Source: Candidatus Rokuibacteriota bacterium (lineage in GTDB: Bacteria > Methylomirabilota > Methylomirabilia > Rokubacteriales > CSP1-6). From it: DNA of 46,387 nt. The stretch covers positions 1 through 46,387 of the forward strand of contig JACPCX010000125.1 of NCBI GenBank assembly GCA_016184305.1. The letters are read 5' to 3'. This document shows, in pieces, positions 19,415 through 28,223 of the stretch (within the stretch, counting starts at the first letter, position 1; every line of letters begins with the position of its first letter). The position numbers and the translations under genes are program-made. The notes beneath the pieces are model-generated. The model saw only the letters and a program-made list of their open reading frames with translations. It was not told the DNA's origin and did no database searches.

Positions 19415-19858
19415 GTGACGGTGAACGTCGTTGTCCCGGTCCTGCTGCTCCATCTCGGCGCCGGGTGCGGCGCCATGGCCCAGAGCGTGTCGCCTGCCGT
19501 GATCGACCCCACCGTGAGGACGGAGATCCAGCGCGGCAGCGCGCGCGTGATCGTGCGGCTGCGTCTCCCCGCCGAGTTCAGGCCCGAGGGCGAGCTGCCG
19601 GGCCCCGCGGAGGTGTCGGCCCAGCGAGCGGCGATCGCCGCGGGCCAGCAGGCGGTCCTGGCGCGGCTCGCCGGCACGGGCTTCACGGTCTTGCGCGTGT
19701 ACTCGACGACCCCGTTTCTCGCCCTCGAGCTCCGTCCGGATGCCCTGGCCGCACTGGAACAGATGGGCGATGTCGTCCTCAGGGTGATCAACGACGAGCT
19801 GGCCGCTCCCAGCGGGGGCGCCGCCGCTCCCGCGGGGCCGTCCGGGCAGCCTCGATGA
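19415..19858 (+). CDS. Stand-alone S8 propeptide-like (inhibitor I9-like) exported protein, possible lipoprotein
   Basis: Aligns to the prodomain of the next gene (ARVIVRLR.P..F..EG, AQR..IA..Q..VL..LA, Y.T.PFLALE...AL..LE, V.RV..DE); hydrophobic N-terminus ending LGAGC; start uncertain. Confidence 0.75.
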   Translation: MTVNVVVPVLLLHLGAGCGAMAQSVSPAVIDPTVRTEIQRGSARVIVRLRLPAEFRPEGELPGPAEVSAQRAAIAAGQQAVLARLAGTGFTVLRVYSTTPFLALELRPDALAALEQMGDVVLRVINDELAAPSGGAAAPAGPSGQPR

Positions 19859-19865
19859 GGCACCC

Positions 19866-22800
19866 GTGGCCGTGAAACGTGCCTTCTGGCTGACGCTTGG
19901 CGCCGGCGTGGCCGGTGTCCTCGTAGTGCTCGCCCTCATCGTCCGCCCCCCCGCGTCGTCCTCATCCACCGGCACCGGCAGCGACGGCATCGCGGAGGAC
20001 CGGGTACGGCAGACGGTTCTCACCGAGGGGCGCGCGCGGGTCATCGTCAGGCTCCGGATGCCGGCCGCCCCCTTCGCCGCCGAGGGGCGTCATCCCAGCC
20101 GCGCCAGCGTGCTCGCCCAGCGGGGCGACATCGCGTCGGTGCAGTCCCTCGTACTGTCGAAGCTCGCGTGGACCACCGCCCGCCTCGTCCACAAGTACGA
20201 GACCGTGCCGTTCCTCGCCCTCGAGGTGGACGCCGCCGCGCTGGCCGAGCTGGAGGCCTCCGCCTTCCACGTCGCGCGTGTCGTCGAGGACGAGCATGTT
20301 CCGCCAACGCTGGCCCAGAGCGTGCCGCTCGTCGGTGCGGATCAGGCCTGGGCCCAGGGATTCGATGGATCCGGCCGTGTCATCGCGATCCTCGATACCG
20401 GCGTGAATGCGACGCATCCCTTCCTGGCTGGCAAGGTGGTGGAGGAGGCGTGTTACTCGAGCAACTACCCTGCGGCGAGCGCGACGACCGTCTGCCCGAA
20501 TGGCGGGACCGAGCAGACCGGGGCAGGGGCGGGAGTGAACTGCCCGGCCGGGATCACCGGCTGTGATCACGGTACGCATGTGGCGGGCATCGCCGCGGGA
20601 AACGGCGCCAGCGCCGGGCAGTCGTTCTCCGGGGTCGCCAGGGGCGCCAGCGTCATGGCGGTCCAGGTGTTCTCGCGCTTCGGCAGCTCGGCTCAGTGCG
20701 GGTCCCTGCCTGTCCCCTGCGCGCTGACGTTCTCCAGCGACCAGATCAAGGGACTGGAGCGCGTCTACGCACTCCGCTCCACGCACCAGTTCGCCTCGGT
20801 GAACATGAGCCTCGGCGGGGGTCTCAACTCGACGTACTGCGACGACGATCCGCTCAAGCCGACCATCGACAACCTGCGGTCGGTGGGGATCGCCACGGTG
20901 ATCGCGTCGGGGAACGACGGGAGCGTGAGCCAGATCGGCAAGCCCTCCTGCATCTCCTCGGCCGTGAGCGTCGGCTCGACGACCGACAGCGACCAGGTCT
21001 CGAGCTTCTCGAACGCCGCCCCGATCCTGTCCCTCTTCGCTCCCGGGTCGTCCATCAACTCCTCGGTGCCCGGCGGCGGCTTCGCGAGCAAGAACGGCAC
21101 CTCCATGGCGACGCCGCATGTGGCAGGCGCCTTCGCCATCCTGAAGCAGGCCGCTCCCACGGCGTCCGTCACCGCGCTCCTCACCGCGCTGCAGCAAACG
21201 GGGCAGCCGATCACCGACACGCGCTCGGGCGGCAGCGTGACGAAACCGCGGATTCGCATCGCGGCGGCGCTGCCCCAGTTCATCACGCCCACAGCCACCC
21301 TGACCGTGTCCAAGGCCGGGGCCGGCAGCGGGACGGTGACGAGCAGCCCGACCGGCATCAGCTGCGGCACGATCTGCTCGGCGACCTTCGCGGGCGGCAC
21401 GACGGTCACGCTCACGGCCACGCCGGCTGCGGGCTCCAGCTTCGCCGGGTGGAGCGGGGGCGGGTGCAGCGGTACCGGCACCTGCAGCGTGACCCTGACG
21501 GCGAACACCACGGTCACGGCCACGTTCAACGTGGGCGGGGTGTCGCTGGCCGTGGTGCGGGCGGGGACGGGCAGCGGGACGGTGACGAGCAGCCCGGCCG
21601 GCATCAGCTGCGGCACGACCTGCTCGGCGCCCTTCGCCAGCGGCACGGTCGTCACGCTGACGGCCACGCCCGCCACGGGCTCGACCTTCGCCGGGTGGAG
21701 CGGCGGGGGATGCGGCGGCACGGGCTCCTGCGCGGTGACGCTCACCGCCACCACGACCGTGACGGCGACGTTCAACCCCCTGGGGCTGGCGGGCGACTCC
21801 CGGTCGGCGCCGATCGTGATCTCGGTCTCCTCGTTCGACGAGACGCGGGCGACCGGGAGCCACACCTCCGCCTCGGACGACCCCACGCACTCCTGCACGG
21901 GCCAGGCCGACGGGCACACGATCTGGTACCAGTACACGCCGAGCACCTCCGGCCAGCTCACGGCCGACACGTGGGGGAGCAGCTACGACACCGTGCTGTC
22001 CGTGCACCTGGCGTCCACGCTGGCGGAGGTGCCCGGGGGGTGCCAGGACGACTACGCGCCGCCCGACGACCGCACGTCGCGGGTGGTGGTCAACCTCGCG
22101 GCCAACACGACGTATCTCATCGAGGTGTCGGCGTACGGGAGCACGGCGGGCGGCACGCTGGCGCTGTCCGTGGACTTCGCCGCGGTGGCGGCGCTGGCCG
22201 GGGACGACCGGGCCTCTCCCATCGTCATCTCCAGCAGCCCGTTCTCGGACAGCGGCCGCAACACGCAGAACTACACGTCGGCGGCGGATGACCCCGTGCA
22301 CTCCTGCACCGGTCTCAAGGATGGGCACACGATCTGGTACCGCTTCACCCCGAGCGCCTCGGGCGCCGCGACCATCAGCACGAGCGGGAGCAGCTACGAC
22401 ACGGTGCTATCCGTCCACCTGGCCTCGACGCTGGCCGAGGTGGCCGGCGGCTGCAACGACGACGTCGCGTCGGGCAATCTCACCTCGCAGGTGCAGGTGA
22501 CGCTCGCCGCGGGCACTCAGTACCTGATCCAGGTGTCGGCCTACGGGACCGGCCCGGGCGGCACGCTGAACCTGGCGTTCAGCTTCACCTCGACCCCGAC
22601 GCTCACCGTGGCGAAGACGGGCACCGGCAGCGGCACGGTCACCAGCACCCCCGCGGGGATCAGCTGCGGGGCCACGTGCTCGGCGAGCTTCGCCAGCGGG
22701 ACGGAGGTGACGCTGACGGCCACACCGGCCGCCGACTCCACCTTCGCGGGCTGGAGCGGCGGGGGCTGCGGCGGCACCGGCGCCTGCACCGTGACGCTCA

Positions 22801-23894
22801 CCGCCGCCACCTCCGTCACGGCCACCTTCACGCTCCTGACCTTCTCCCTGACGGTGACGAAGACGGGCACGGGCAGCGGTACGGTGAGCAGCAGCCCCGC
22901 GGGGATCAGCTGCGGCGTCGCGTGCTCGGCGAGCTACACGAGCGGGACGGCGGTGACGCTGACGGCGACGGCGGCCACGAGCTCCACCTTCGCCGGCTGG
23001 AGCGGCGGGGGCTGCGGCGGCACCGGCGCCTGCACCGTGACGCTCACCGCCGCCACCTCCGTCACGGCCACCTTCACGCTGGTGACCTTCCCGCTGACGG
23101 TGACGAAGGCCGGGGCCGGCGGCGGCACGGTGAGCAGCAGCCCCGCGGGGATCAGCTGCGGCGCCGCCTGCGCGGCGAGCTACGCCAGCGGGACGGCGGT
23201 GACGCTCACGGCGACGCCGGCCGCGAACTCCACCTTCGCCGGCTGGAGCGGGGCGGGATGCGGCGGCACCGATACCTGCAGCATCGCCATGACCGCCGCA
23301 GCCGGCGTGACGGCGAGTTTCGACCTGAGCTTCTTCACGCTGACGGTGGCGATCGCCGGCTCCGCCGACGGCACGGTGGTGACCAACCCCATCGGCGTCA
23401 ATTGCGGCTCCACCTGCGCATCGAGTTACGCCGCCGGCACGGTCGTGACGCTGACGGCCACGGCGCCGTCGGGCGCGGCCTTCTCCCGGTGGGGCGGCGC
23501 CTGCAGCGGGACCACGCCGTCATGCGCGGTCACGCTCGATGCGGCCCGATCCGTCACGGCGACCTTCTCGAAGGAGTTCACCGACACCGCGGTGACGGCG
23601 ACGAGCACGCTCGTCAAGGCCGTCCACATCGCCGATCTCCGCTCGGCGATCGGCGCGCTCCGCTCCCATCTCGGGCTCTCGGCGTTCAGCTGGAGCGACT
23701 CGACGCTCGTCGCCGGCACGACGCCCGTGAGAGCCGTCCATGTCGTGGAGCTGCGCACGGCCCTGGGGCAGGCCTATGCGGCGGCGGGGACCGCAAGCCC
23801 CACCTACACGGACGCCACCCTCGAGACGGGGCAGACGGCCGTCAAGCGCGCCCACCTGATCGAGCTGCGTAATGCCGTGCGGGCGCTGGAATGA
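19866..23894 (+). CDS. Large secreted S8 subtilase with six InlB-B-like repeats, two PPC-like modules and a C-terminal triple repeat
   Basis: N-terminal hydrophobic segment; triad ILDTGV, HGTHVAG, GTSMATPHVAG; repeats LTV.K.G.GSGTV.S.P.GI.CG..C...VTLTATP..GS.F.GWSG. Confidence 0.92.
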   Translation: MAVKRAFWLTLGAGVAGVLVVLALIVRPPASSSSTGTGSDGIAEDRVRQTVLTEGRARVIVRLRMPAAPFAAEGRHPSRASVLAQRGDIASVQSLVLSKLAWTTARLVHKYETVPFLALEVDAAALAELEASAFHVARVVEDEHVPPTLAQSVPLVGADQAWAQGFDGSGRVIAILDTGVNATHPFLAGKVVEEACYSSNYPAASATTVCPNGGTEQTGAGAGVNCPAGITGCDHGTHVAGIAAGNGASAGQSFSGVARGASVMAVQVFSRFGSSAQCGSLPVPCALTFSSDQIKGLERVYALRSTHQFASVNMSLGGGLNSTYCDDDPLKPTIDNLRSVGIATVIASGNDGSVSQIGKPSCISSAVSVGSTTDSDQVSSFSNAAPILSLFAPGSSINSSVPGGGFASKNGTSMATPHVAGAFAILKQAAPTASVTALLTALQQTGQPITDTRSGGSVTKPRIRIAAALPQFITPTATLTVSKAGAGSGTVTSSPTGISCGTICSATFAGGTTVTLTATPAAGSSFAGWSGGGCSGTGTCSVTLTANTTVTATFNVGGVSLAVVRAGTGSGTVTSSPAGISCGTTCSAPFASGTVVTLTATPATGSTFAGWSGGGCGGTGSCAVTLTATTTVTATFNPLGLAGDSRSAPIVISVSSFDETRATGSHTSASDDPTHSCTGQADGHTIWYQYTPSTSGQLTADTWGSSYDTVLSVHLASTLAEVPGGCQDDYAPPDDRTSRVVVNLAANTTYLIEVSAYGSTAGGTLALSVDFAAVAALAGDDRASPIVISSSPFSDSGRNTQNYTSAADDPVHSCTGLKDGHTIWYRFTPSASGAATISTSGSSYDTVLSVHLASTLAEVAGGCNDDVASGNLTSQVQVTLAAGTQYLIQVSAYGTGPGGTLNLAFSFTSTPTLTVAKTGTGSGTVTSTPAGISCGATCSASFASGTEVTLTATPAADSTFAGWSGGGCGGTGACTVTLTAATSVTATFTLLTFSLTVTKTGTGSGTVSSSPAGISCGVACSASYTSGTAVTLTATAATSSTFAGWSGGGCGGTGACTVTLTAATSVTATFTLVTFPLTVTKAGAGGGTVSSSPAGISCGAACAASYASGTAVTLTATPAANSTFAGWSGAGCGGTDTCSIAMTAAAGVTASFDLSFFTLTVAIAGSADGTVVTNPIGVNCGSTCASSYAAGTVVTLTATAPSGAAFSRWGGACSGTTPSCAVTLDAARSVTATFSKEFTDTAVTATSTLVKAVHIADLRSAIGALRSHLGLSAFSWSDSTLVAGTTPVRAVHVVELRTALGQAYAAAGTASPTYTDATLETGQTAVKRAHLIELRNAVRALE
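21300..23570 (+). repeat. Six ~82-aa Cys-containing InlB-B-like repeats (2+4) separated by two ~135-aa PPC-like duplicated modules
   Basis: 246-bp periodicity; 22741-22834 and 22987-23080 are nearly identical at DNA level. Confidence 0.88.
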
Positions 23895-23933
23895 GCCGGG
23901 GGCGCAGCCCCGCGCGGCGCCGCCAGATTGGCG

Positions 23934-23961
23934 TGGACACGGGAAATCCGTCTGCTATAAT
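23934..23961 (+). promoter_or_regulatory. Sigma-70-type promoter with extended -10
   Basis: TGGACA-16 nt-TATAAT, with TG two nt before the -10 hexamer (TGcTATAAT), upstream of ORF 24036. Confidence 0.65.
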
Positions 23962-24035
23962 CCCGCCGGACGAGCGCCGGCACGAACGAACCTCATCTCT
24001 CAAGTCTAGACGGGAGCCGCCCGGAGGGACCATTC

Positions 24036-24230
24036 ATGGCATGGACAAGTACGACGCCATGGAGCGACGACGAGTATCTGCTGCGCAGCCTCGGCGATGA
24101 GGACGAAGAGGACTTCGAGGACGAGGAGGACCTCGACGACGAGCTGGACGAGGACGAGGACCTCGAGGACGACCTCGACGAGGAGGACGACCTCGACGAT
24201 CTCGACGACGACCTCGACGAGGACGAGTAG
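24036..24230 (+). CDS. Small hyper-acidic protein (64 aa, 39 Asp/Glu)
   Basis: GGAGG RBS, upstream promoter, host-like codons (GAC/GAG/CTC). Confidence 0.65.
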   Translation: MAWTSTTPWSDDEYLLRSLGDEDEEDFEDEEDLDDELDEDEDLEDDLDEEDDLDDLDDDLDEDE

Positions 24231-24269
24231 CGCACCGAGAGACAGCGAACCTCTCTGCGGGAGGTGTCT

Positions 24270-24968
24270 ATGGCCCTGATCAGCGGCGATGGTGTGATGT
24301 TCCTCCTGAGGTGGATCCACTTCCTGTCAGGCATCACCTGGATCGGCCTGCTCTACTACTTCAATTTCGTCCAGGTCCCGTTCGTCGGCGAGACCCAGCC
24401 GGCCGAGCGCGGCGCGCTCGTCTCCAAGCTGGTCCCGCGCGCGCTCTGGTGGTTCCGCTGGGGCGCCATGTTCACCTTTCTCTCGGGCTGGCTGATCATC
24501 CTGGACCGGATGGGCCGGGGCGGCTTCTTCGCGGGCTCCTACGGGTGGGCCATCCTGCTCGGCGGGCTGCTCGGCTCCATCATGTGGGCGAACGTCTGGT
24601 TCGTGATCTGGCCCAAGCAGAAGATCGTGATCCAGAACGCCCTCGACACGGGCGCCGGCAAGCCGGCCAACCCGGCGGCCGCCCCCGCCGGGGCGCGCGC
24701 CGGACTCGCGTCGCGGACGAACACGCTCTTCTCGATCCCGATGCTCTTCTTCATGGGCGCGGCCAGCCACCTGACATTGCCCGTGCCGAGATCGGGCGCC
24801 GCCTTCTGGATCGTCGCGCTGATCATCATGGCCGTCGTGGAGATCAACGCGCTGGCCGGAAAGCCGGGGACGGCGACCACGAAGATGCTCGCCACGGTGA
24901 AGGGCACGCTCTGGGCCGGCTTCATCCTGGCGGCGGTGTTCTATCTCTGGTTCGAGCTGATGCGCTGA
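24270..24968 (+). CDS. PuuD-like (urate oxidase N-terminal domain family) integral membrane protein
   Basis: LLRWIHFLSGITWIGLLYYFNF, WFRWGA..TFLSG, IM..NVWFVIWP.QK, SRTNT..SIPMLFFM..ASH; GAGGT RBS. Confidence 0.8.
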   Translation: MALISGDGVMFLLRWIHFLSGITWIGLLYYFNFVQVPFVGETQPAERGALVSKLVPRALWWFRWGAMFTFLSGWLIILDRMGRGGFFAGSYGWAILLGGLLGSIMWANVWFVIWPKQKIVIQNALDTGAGKPANPAAAPAGARAGLASRTNTLFSIPMLFFMGAASHLTLPVPRSGAAFWIVALIIMAVVEINALAGKPGTATTKMLATVKGTLWAGFILAAVFYLWFELMR

Positions 24969-24974
24969 GGGACC

Positions 24975-25013
24975 CCCGCAGGAGGCGCGGCACCGCGCCG
25001 CCCCTCCTGCGGG
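24975..25013. terminator. Hairpin between convergent genes
   Basis: CCCGCAGGAGG ... CCTCCTGCGGG 11-bp inverted repeat just after the stop at 24968. Confidence 0.55.
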
Positions 25014-25024
25014 AGCACTGCTGA

Positions 25025-25344
25025 TCGTCCCGCTTGGGGGTGTAGCCCGGCGGGTAGCCCCCACGCAGCACACGCGCTTCCACCAGCGCCTCAGAGGAGC
25101 CCTTCACCGCCGGGCCGATCGGTCCGTCCTTCCCCGGATCGCGGTGGTGGCAACTCACGCACTGAACGAGCCACACCTGCCGTCCCTTCTCGGCATCCCC
25201 CGCAGGCGGCGCGGCGGCGACGCCCGGGGCCGGTTGAGGCGCGGCGGGACCTCCCGCGGTCGGCGCCGGCGTCGGCTCCTCGCCGCACGCGGCGAGCAGC
25301 AGTCCGGCCGCCGTGAGCGCGGCGGCGCGCCTCACGAGCCTCAC
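25025..25344 (-). CDS. Monoheme cytochrome c lipoprotein, C-terminus apparently deleted
   Basis: Lipobox LLAAC, GDAEKG, heme motif CVSCH, GP; after GYTPKRD the frame runs into the terminator hairpin with no axial-Met region or proper stop. Confidence 0.72.
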
Positions 25345-25493
25345 GACGGATCCTCGCCCGTCACACTCATCGAGGTCCGAGGCTAGCCGCCGCACACCGC
25401 ACTGTCAAGGAAGCGCTGCGGCGTTCGCCGCCCTCGCGTTGCTCGTTGCGCGCGACGTGCAGTACACTGGCGACCTCAGGAGGACCTTCTCGA

Positions 25494-28223
25494 ATGGCCC
25501 AGCCCTCTTGGCTCCGGATCGAGGGAGCCAGGCAGAACAACCTGAAGAACATCTCGCTCGACATTCCCCACGACCGGGTGACGGTCGTCACCGGCGTGTC
25601 CGGCTCGGGTAAGTCCTCGCTGGCCTTCGACACGCTCTTCGCCGAGGGGCAGTGGCGCTACGTGGAGTCCCTCTCCACCTATGCCCGCATGTTCATCGAG
25701 CGGCTCGACCGTCCCGACGTGGACCGCATCGAGCACATCCGCCCCGCCATCGCCATCGAGCAGATCGGGCGGGTGCACTGCCCGCGCTGCGGCACCGAGG
25801 CGCGCAGCGATTCCGCCGAGAGCGTGGCCGAGGCGCTGCTCCGCGAGCACCCGGGCGCGCGAGCGCTCATCTGCTTCCCCCTGCCCGCGGGAGCCGGCGC
25901 GGACCCGCAGGCGGCTCTGCAGGGGCTCCTCCGGCGCGGCTTCGCCCGGGTGAAGCTCGGCGACGCGGTGGTGGAGCTCGCGGATGCGGCGGGCCGGCCG
26001 GCCGCGCTGCCGCCGGTTCAGCCGGGGCAGCGGATCCTGGTGGTCCTGGACCGCGTGGCGCTCGGCGCCGACTCCCGCCACCGGGTCACCGAGTCGCTCG
26101 AGTCGGCGCTGGCCGAGGGCGAGGGACGGGCCGAGGTGGACGTGCTCGGGCGGGCCGTGGTCGGCGTCAGCGGGGAATTCCGCTGCCCGAGTTGCGAGAC
26201 CCCCGTCGCCCGCCCGCAGCCCCTGCTCTTCTCGTTCAACCACCCGCTGGGGGCCTGCCCCGAGTGCAAGGGGTTCGGCAATATCCTCCGCTACGACGAG
26301 ACCCTCGTGGTGCCCGACCGGAGCCTGAGCCTCGCCGAGGGCGCCGTGGCGCCATGGTCGCATCCGTCCGGCCAGCGGTATCAGAGGCAGCTCCTCAAGG
26401 CCGCCCGCAAGCGTGGCGTGGACGTGTCGCGGCCCTACGCCGAGCTCCCGGCAGACGACCGCGCGTGGGTGTACTCGGGCGCCCGGGGCTTCACGGGTAT
26501 CCAGGGCTTCTTCGAGGACGTCGAGTCCTACCGCTACAAGCTGCACGTCCGCGTCTTCCTCTCGCGCTATCGCAGCCAGTCGGAATGCCCTCGCTGCGCG
26601 GGCGCCCGCCTCACACCCGAGGCCCTGAGCGTCCGGGTGGGCGGCGCCAGCATCGCCGAGCTCTGCCGTCGGACGGTGGAGGATCTGGCAGGCGTCCTCG
26701 ACGGCCTGCGGCTGTCGGCCTTCGAGGCGACGGTGGCGCGGGACGTCCTCAAGCCGCTGCGGGGGAAGCTGTCCTTCCTCCTGCGGGTGGGCCTGGGGTA
26801 CCTCACCCTGGCGCGCCAGACGCGCACGCTGTCGGGCGGAGAAGCCCAGCGGATCAACCTCGCCAACCAGCTCGGGGCCCAGCTCGTTGGGACGCTCTAC
26901 ATTCTCGACGAGCCGTCCATCGGGCTGCATGCGCGGGACACCGAGCGGCTGGCGGAGGTGTGCAGCGAGCTGGCGGCCGCCGGCAACACGGTGGTCGTCG
27001 TCGAGCACGATCGCTCCTTCATCACGGCGGCCGACTACGTGGTGGAGATGGGGCCCGGCTCGGGAGACCGCGGCGGGACGGTGGTCTTCGCGGGCCCGCA
27101 GGCCACGTTCCTCGAGGATCCGCGGTCGCTGACGGCGCGCTATCTCACGGGCCGCGAGACGATCCCGGTGCCGCTGATCCGCCGTGAGGGCCGGCGGGCC
27201 CTCACGCTCTCCGGCGCGCGCGCCCACAACCTGAAGAACGTGACGCTCCGGCTCCCGCTCCACACGCTGACCTGCGTCACGGGGGTCTCGGGCTCCGGCA
27301 AGTCCACGCTCGTGCACGAGACCCTCTACCGGGCGGTGGCCCGCCACTTCAAGGTGGACTTCAAGCCGCCCGGCGAGCACGGCGAGGTGCGCGGGCTCGA
27401 GTACCTCAAGGGCATCCGCCTCATCGATCAGGAGCCCATCGGCCGCACGCCGCGCTCCAACCCCGTGACCTATATCAAGGCCTTCGACGAGATCCGGAAG
27501 GTGTTCGCCGCGCTGCCGCGCGCCCAGACGCGCGGGCTCGGCCCCGGCGCTTTCTCCTTCAACGTGGTCGGGGGTCGCTGCGAGAGCTGCGAAGGCGCGG
27601 GCGCCCAGAAGATCGAGATGTACTTCTTCGAGGACGTGTACGTGACCTGCGCGGCCTGCGAGGGTCGCCGCTACCGCGCCGAGGTGCTCCAGGTCACCTG
27701 CAAGGGCCGGGACATCGCCCAGGTGCTCGAGCTCACCGTGGACGAGGCGGTGGACTTCTTCGCCGCGCATCCGGTCCTCGCGCGGCGTCTCACGCTCCTG
27801 CAGGAGGTCGGGCTCGGCTACCTCAGGCTCGGCCAGCCCGCGACGACGCTCTCCGGCGGCGAGGCGCAGCGCCTCAAGATCGCCGCCGAGCTGGGCACCC
27901 GCCGTACCGCCGACCATCTCTTCATCCTCGACGAGCCCACCACCGGGCTGCATCTGGACGACGTGAAGAAGCTGCTCGGGGTGCTCAACCGCCTGGTCGA
28001 TGCCGGCAACACCGTGCTCGTCGTCGAGCACCACCTCGACGTCATCAAGACCGCGGACTGGGTGATCGACCTGGGGCCGGAGGGCGGCGAGGCCGGCGGC
28101 GCCATCATCGCCGAGGGTAACCCGGAGCAGGTGGCCCAGACGGACGGCTCCTACACCGGCAAGTTCCTGAGAGACCTCCTCCCGCGGCCCAACGGCCGGG
28201 GCGCCGGAGGACGCGGCGCATGA
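25494..28223 (+). CDS. uvrA: Excinuclease ABC subunit A; in-frame deletion near 25763
   Basis: GARQNNLKN, two GVSGSGKS Walker A, two LSGGEAQR, Zn fingers, LDEP..GLH; the conserved STVGT..EIxDYLRLL segment is absent between AIEQ and IGRVHCP. Confidence 0.92.
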   Translation: MAQPSWLRIEGARQNNLKNISLDIPHDRVTVVTGVSGSGKSSLAFDTLFAEGQWRYVESLSTYARMFIERLDRPDVDRIEHIRPAIAIEQIGRVHCPRCGTEARSDSAESVAEALLREHPGARALICFPLPAGAGADPQAALQGLLRRGFARVKLGDAVVELADAAGRPAALPPVQPGQRILVVLDRVALGADSRHRVTESLESALAEGEGRAEVDVLGRAVVGVSGEFRCPSCETPVARPQPLLFSFNHPLGACPECKGFGNILRYDETLVVPDRSLSLAEGAVAPWSHPSGQRYQRQLLKAARKRGVDVSRPYAELPADDRAWVYSGARGFTGIQGFFEDVESYRYKLHVRVFLSRYRSQSECPRCAGARLTPEALSVRVGGASIAELCRRTVEDLAGVLDGLRLSAFEATVARDVLKPLRGKLSFLLRVGLGYLTLARQTRTLSGGEAQRINLANQLGAQLVGTLYILDEPSIGLHARDTERLAEVCSELAAAGNTVVVVEHDRSFITAADYVVEMGPGSGDRGGTVVFAGPQATFLEDPRSLTARYLTGRETIPVPLIRREGRRALTLSGARAHNLKNVTLRLPLHTLTCVTGVSGSGKSTLVHETLYRAVARHFKVDFKPPGEHGEVRGLEYLKGIRLIDQEPIGRTPRSNPVTYIKAFDEIRKVFAALPRAQTRGLGPGAFSFNVVGGRCESCEGAGAQKIEMYFFEDVYVTCAACEGRRYRAEVLQVTCKGRDIAQVLELTVDEAVDFFAAHPVLARRLTLLQEVGLGYLRLGQPATTLSGGEAQRLKIAAELGTRRTADHLFILDEPTTGLHLDDVKKLLGVLNRLVDAGNTVLVVEHHLDVIKTADWVIDLGPEGGEAGGAIIAEGNPEQVAQTDGSYTGKFLRDLLPRPNGRGAGGRGA

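Noticed and set aside
12602..23894. Protease island as a tRNA-integrated element or prophage
   Set aside because: It lies on the 5' side of the tRNA, and I saw no integrase, no duplicated tRNA 3' end and no phage structural genes
24096..24230. GACGAG-rich tract as a CRISPR array or non-coding microsatellite
   Set aside because: No repeat-spacer structure; variation follows Asp/Glu/Leu codons in one frame
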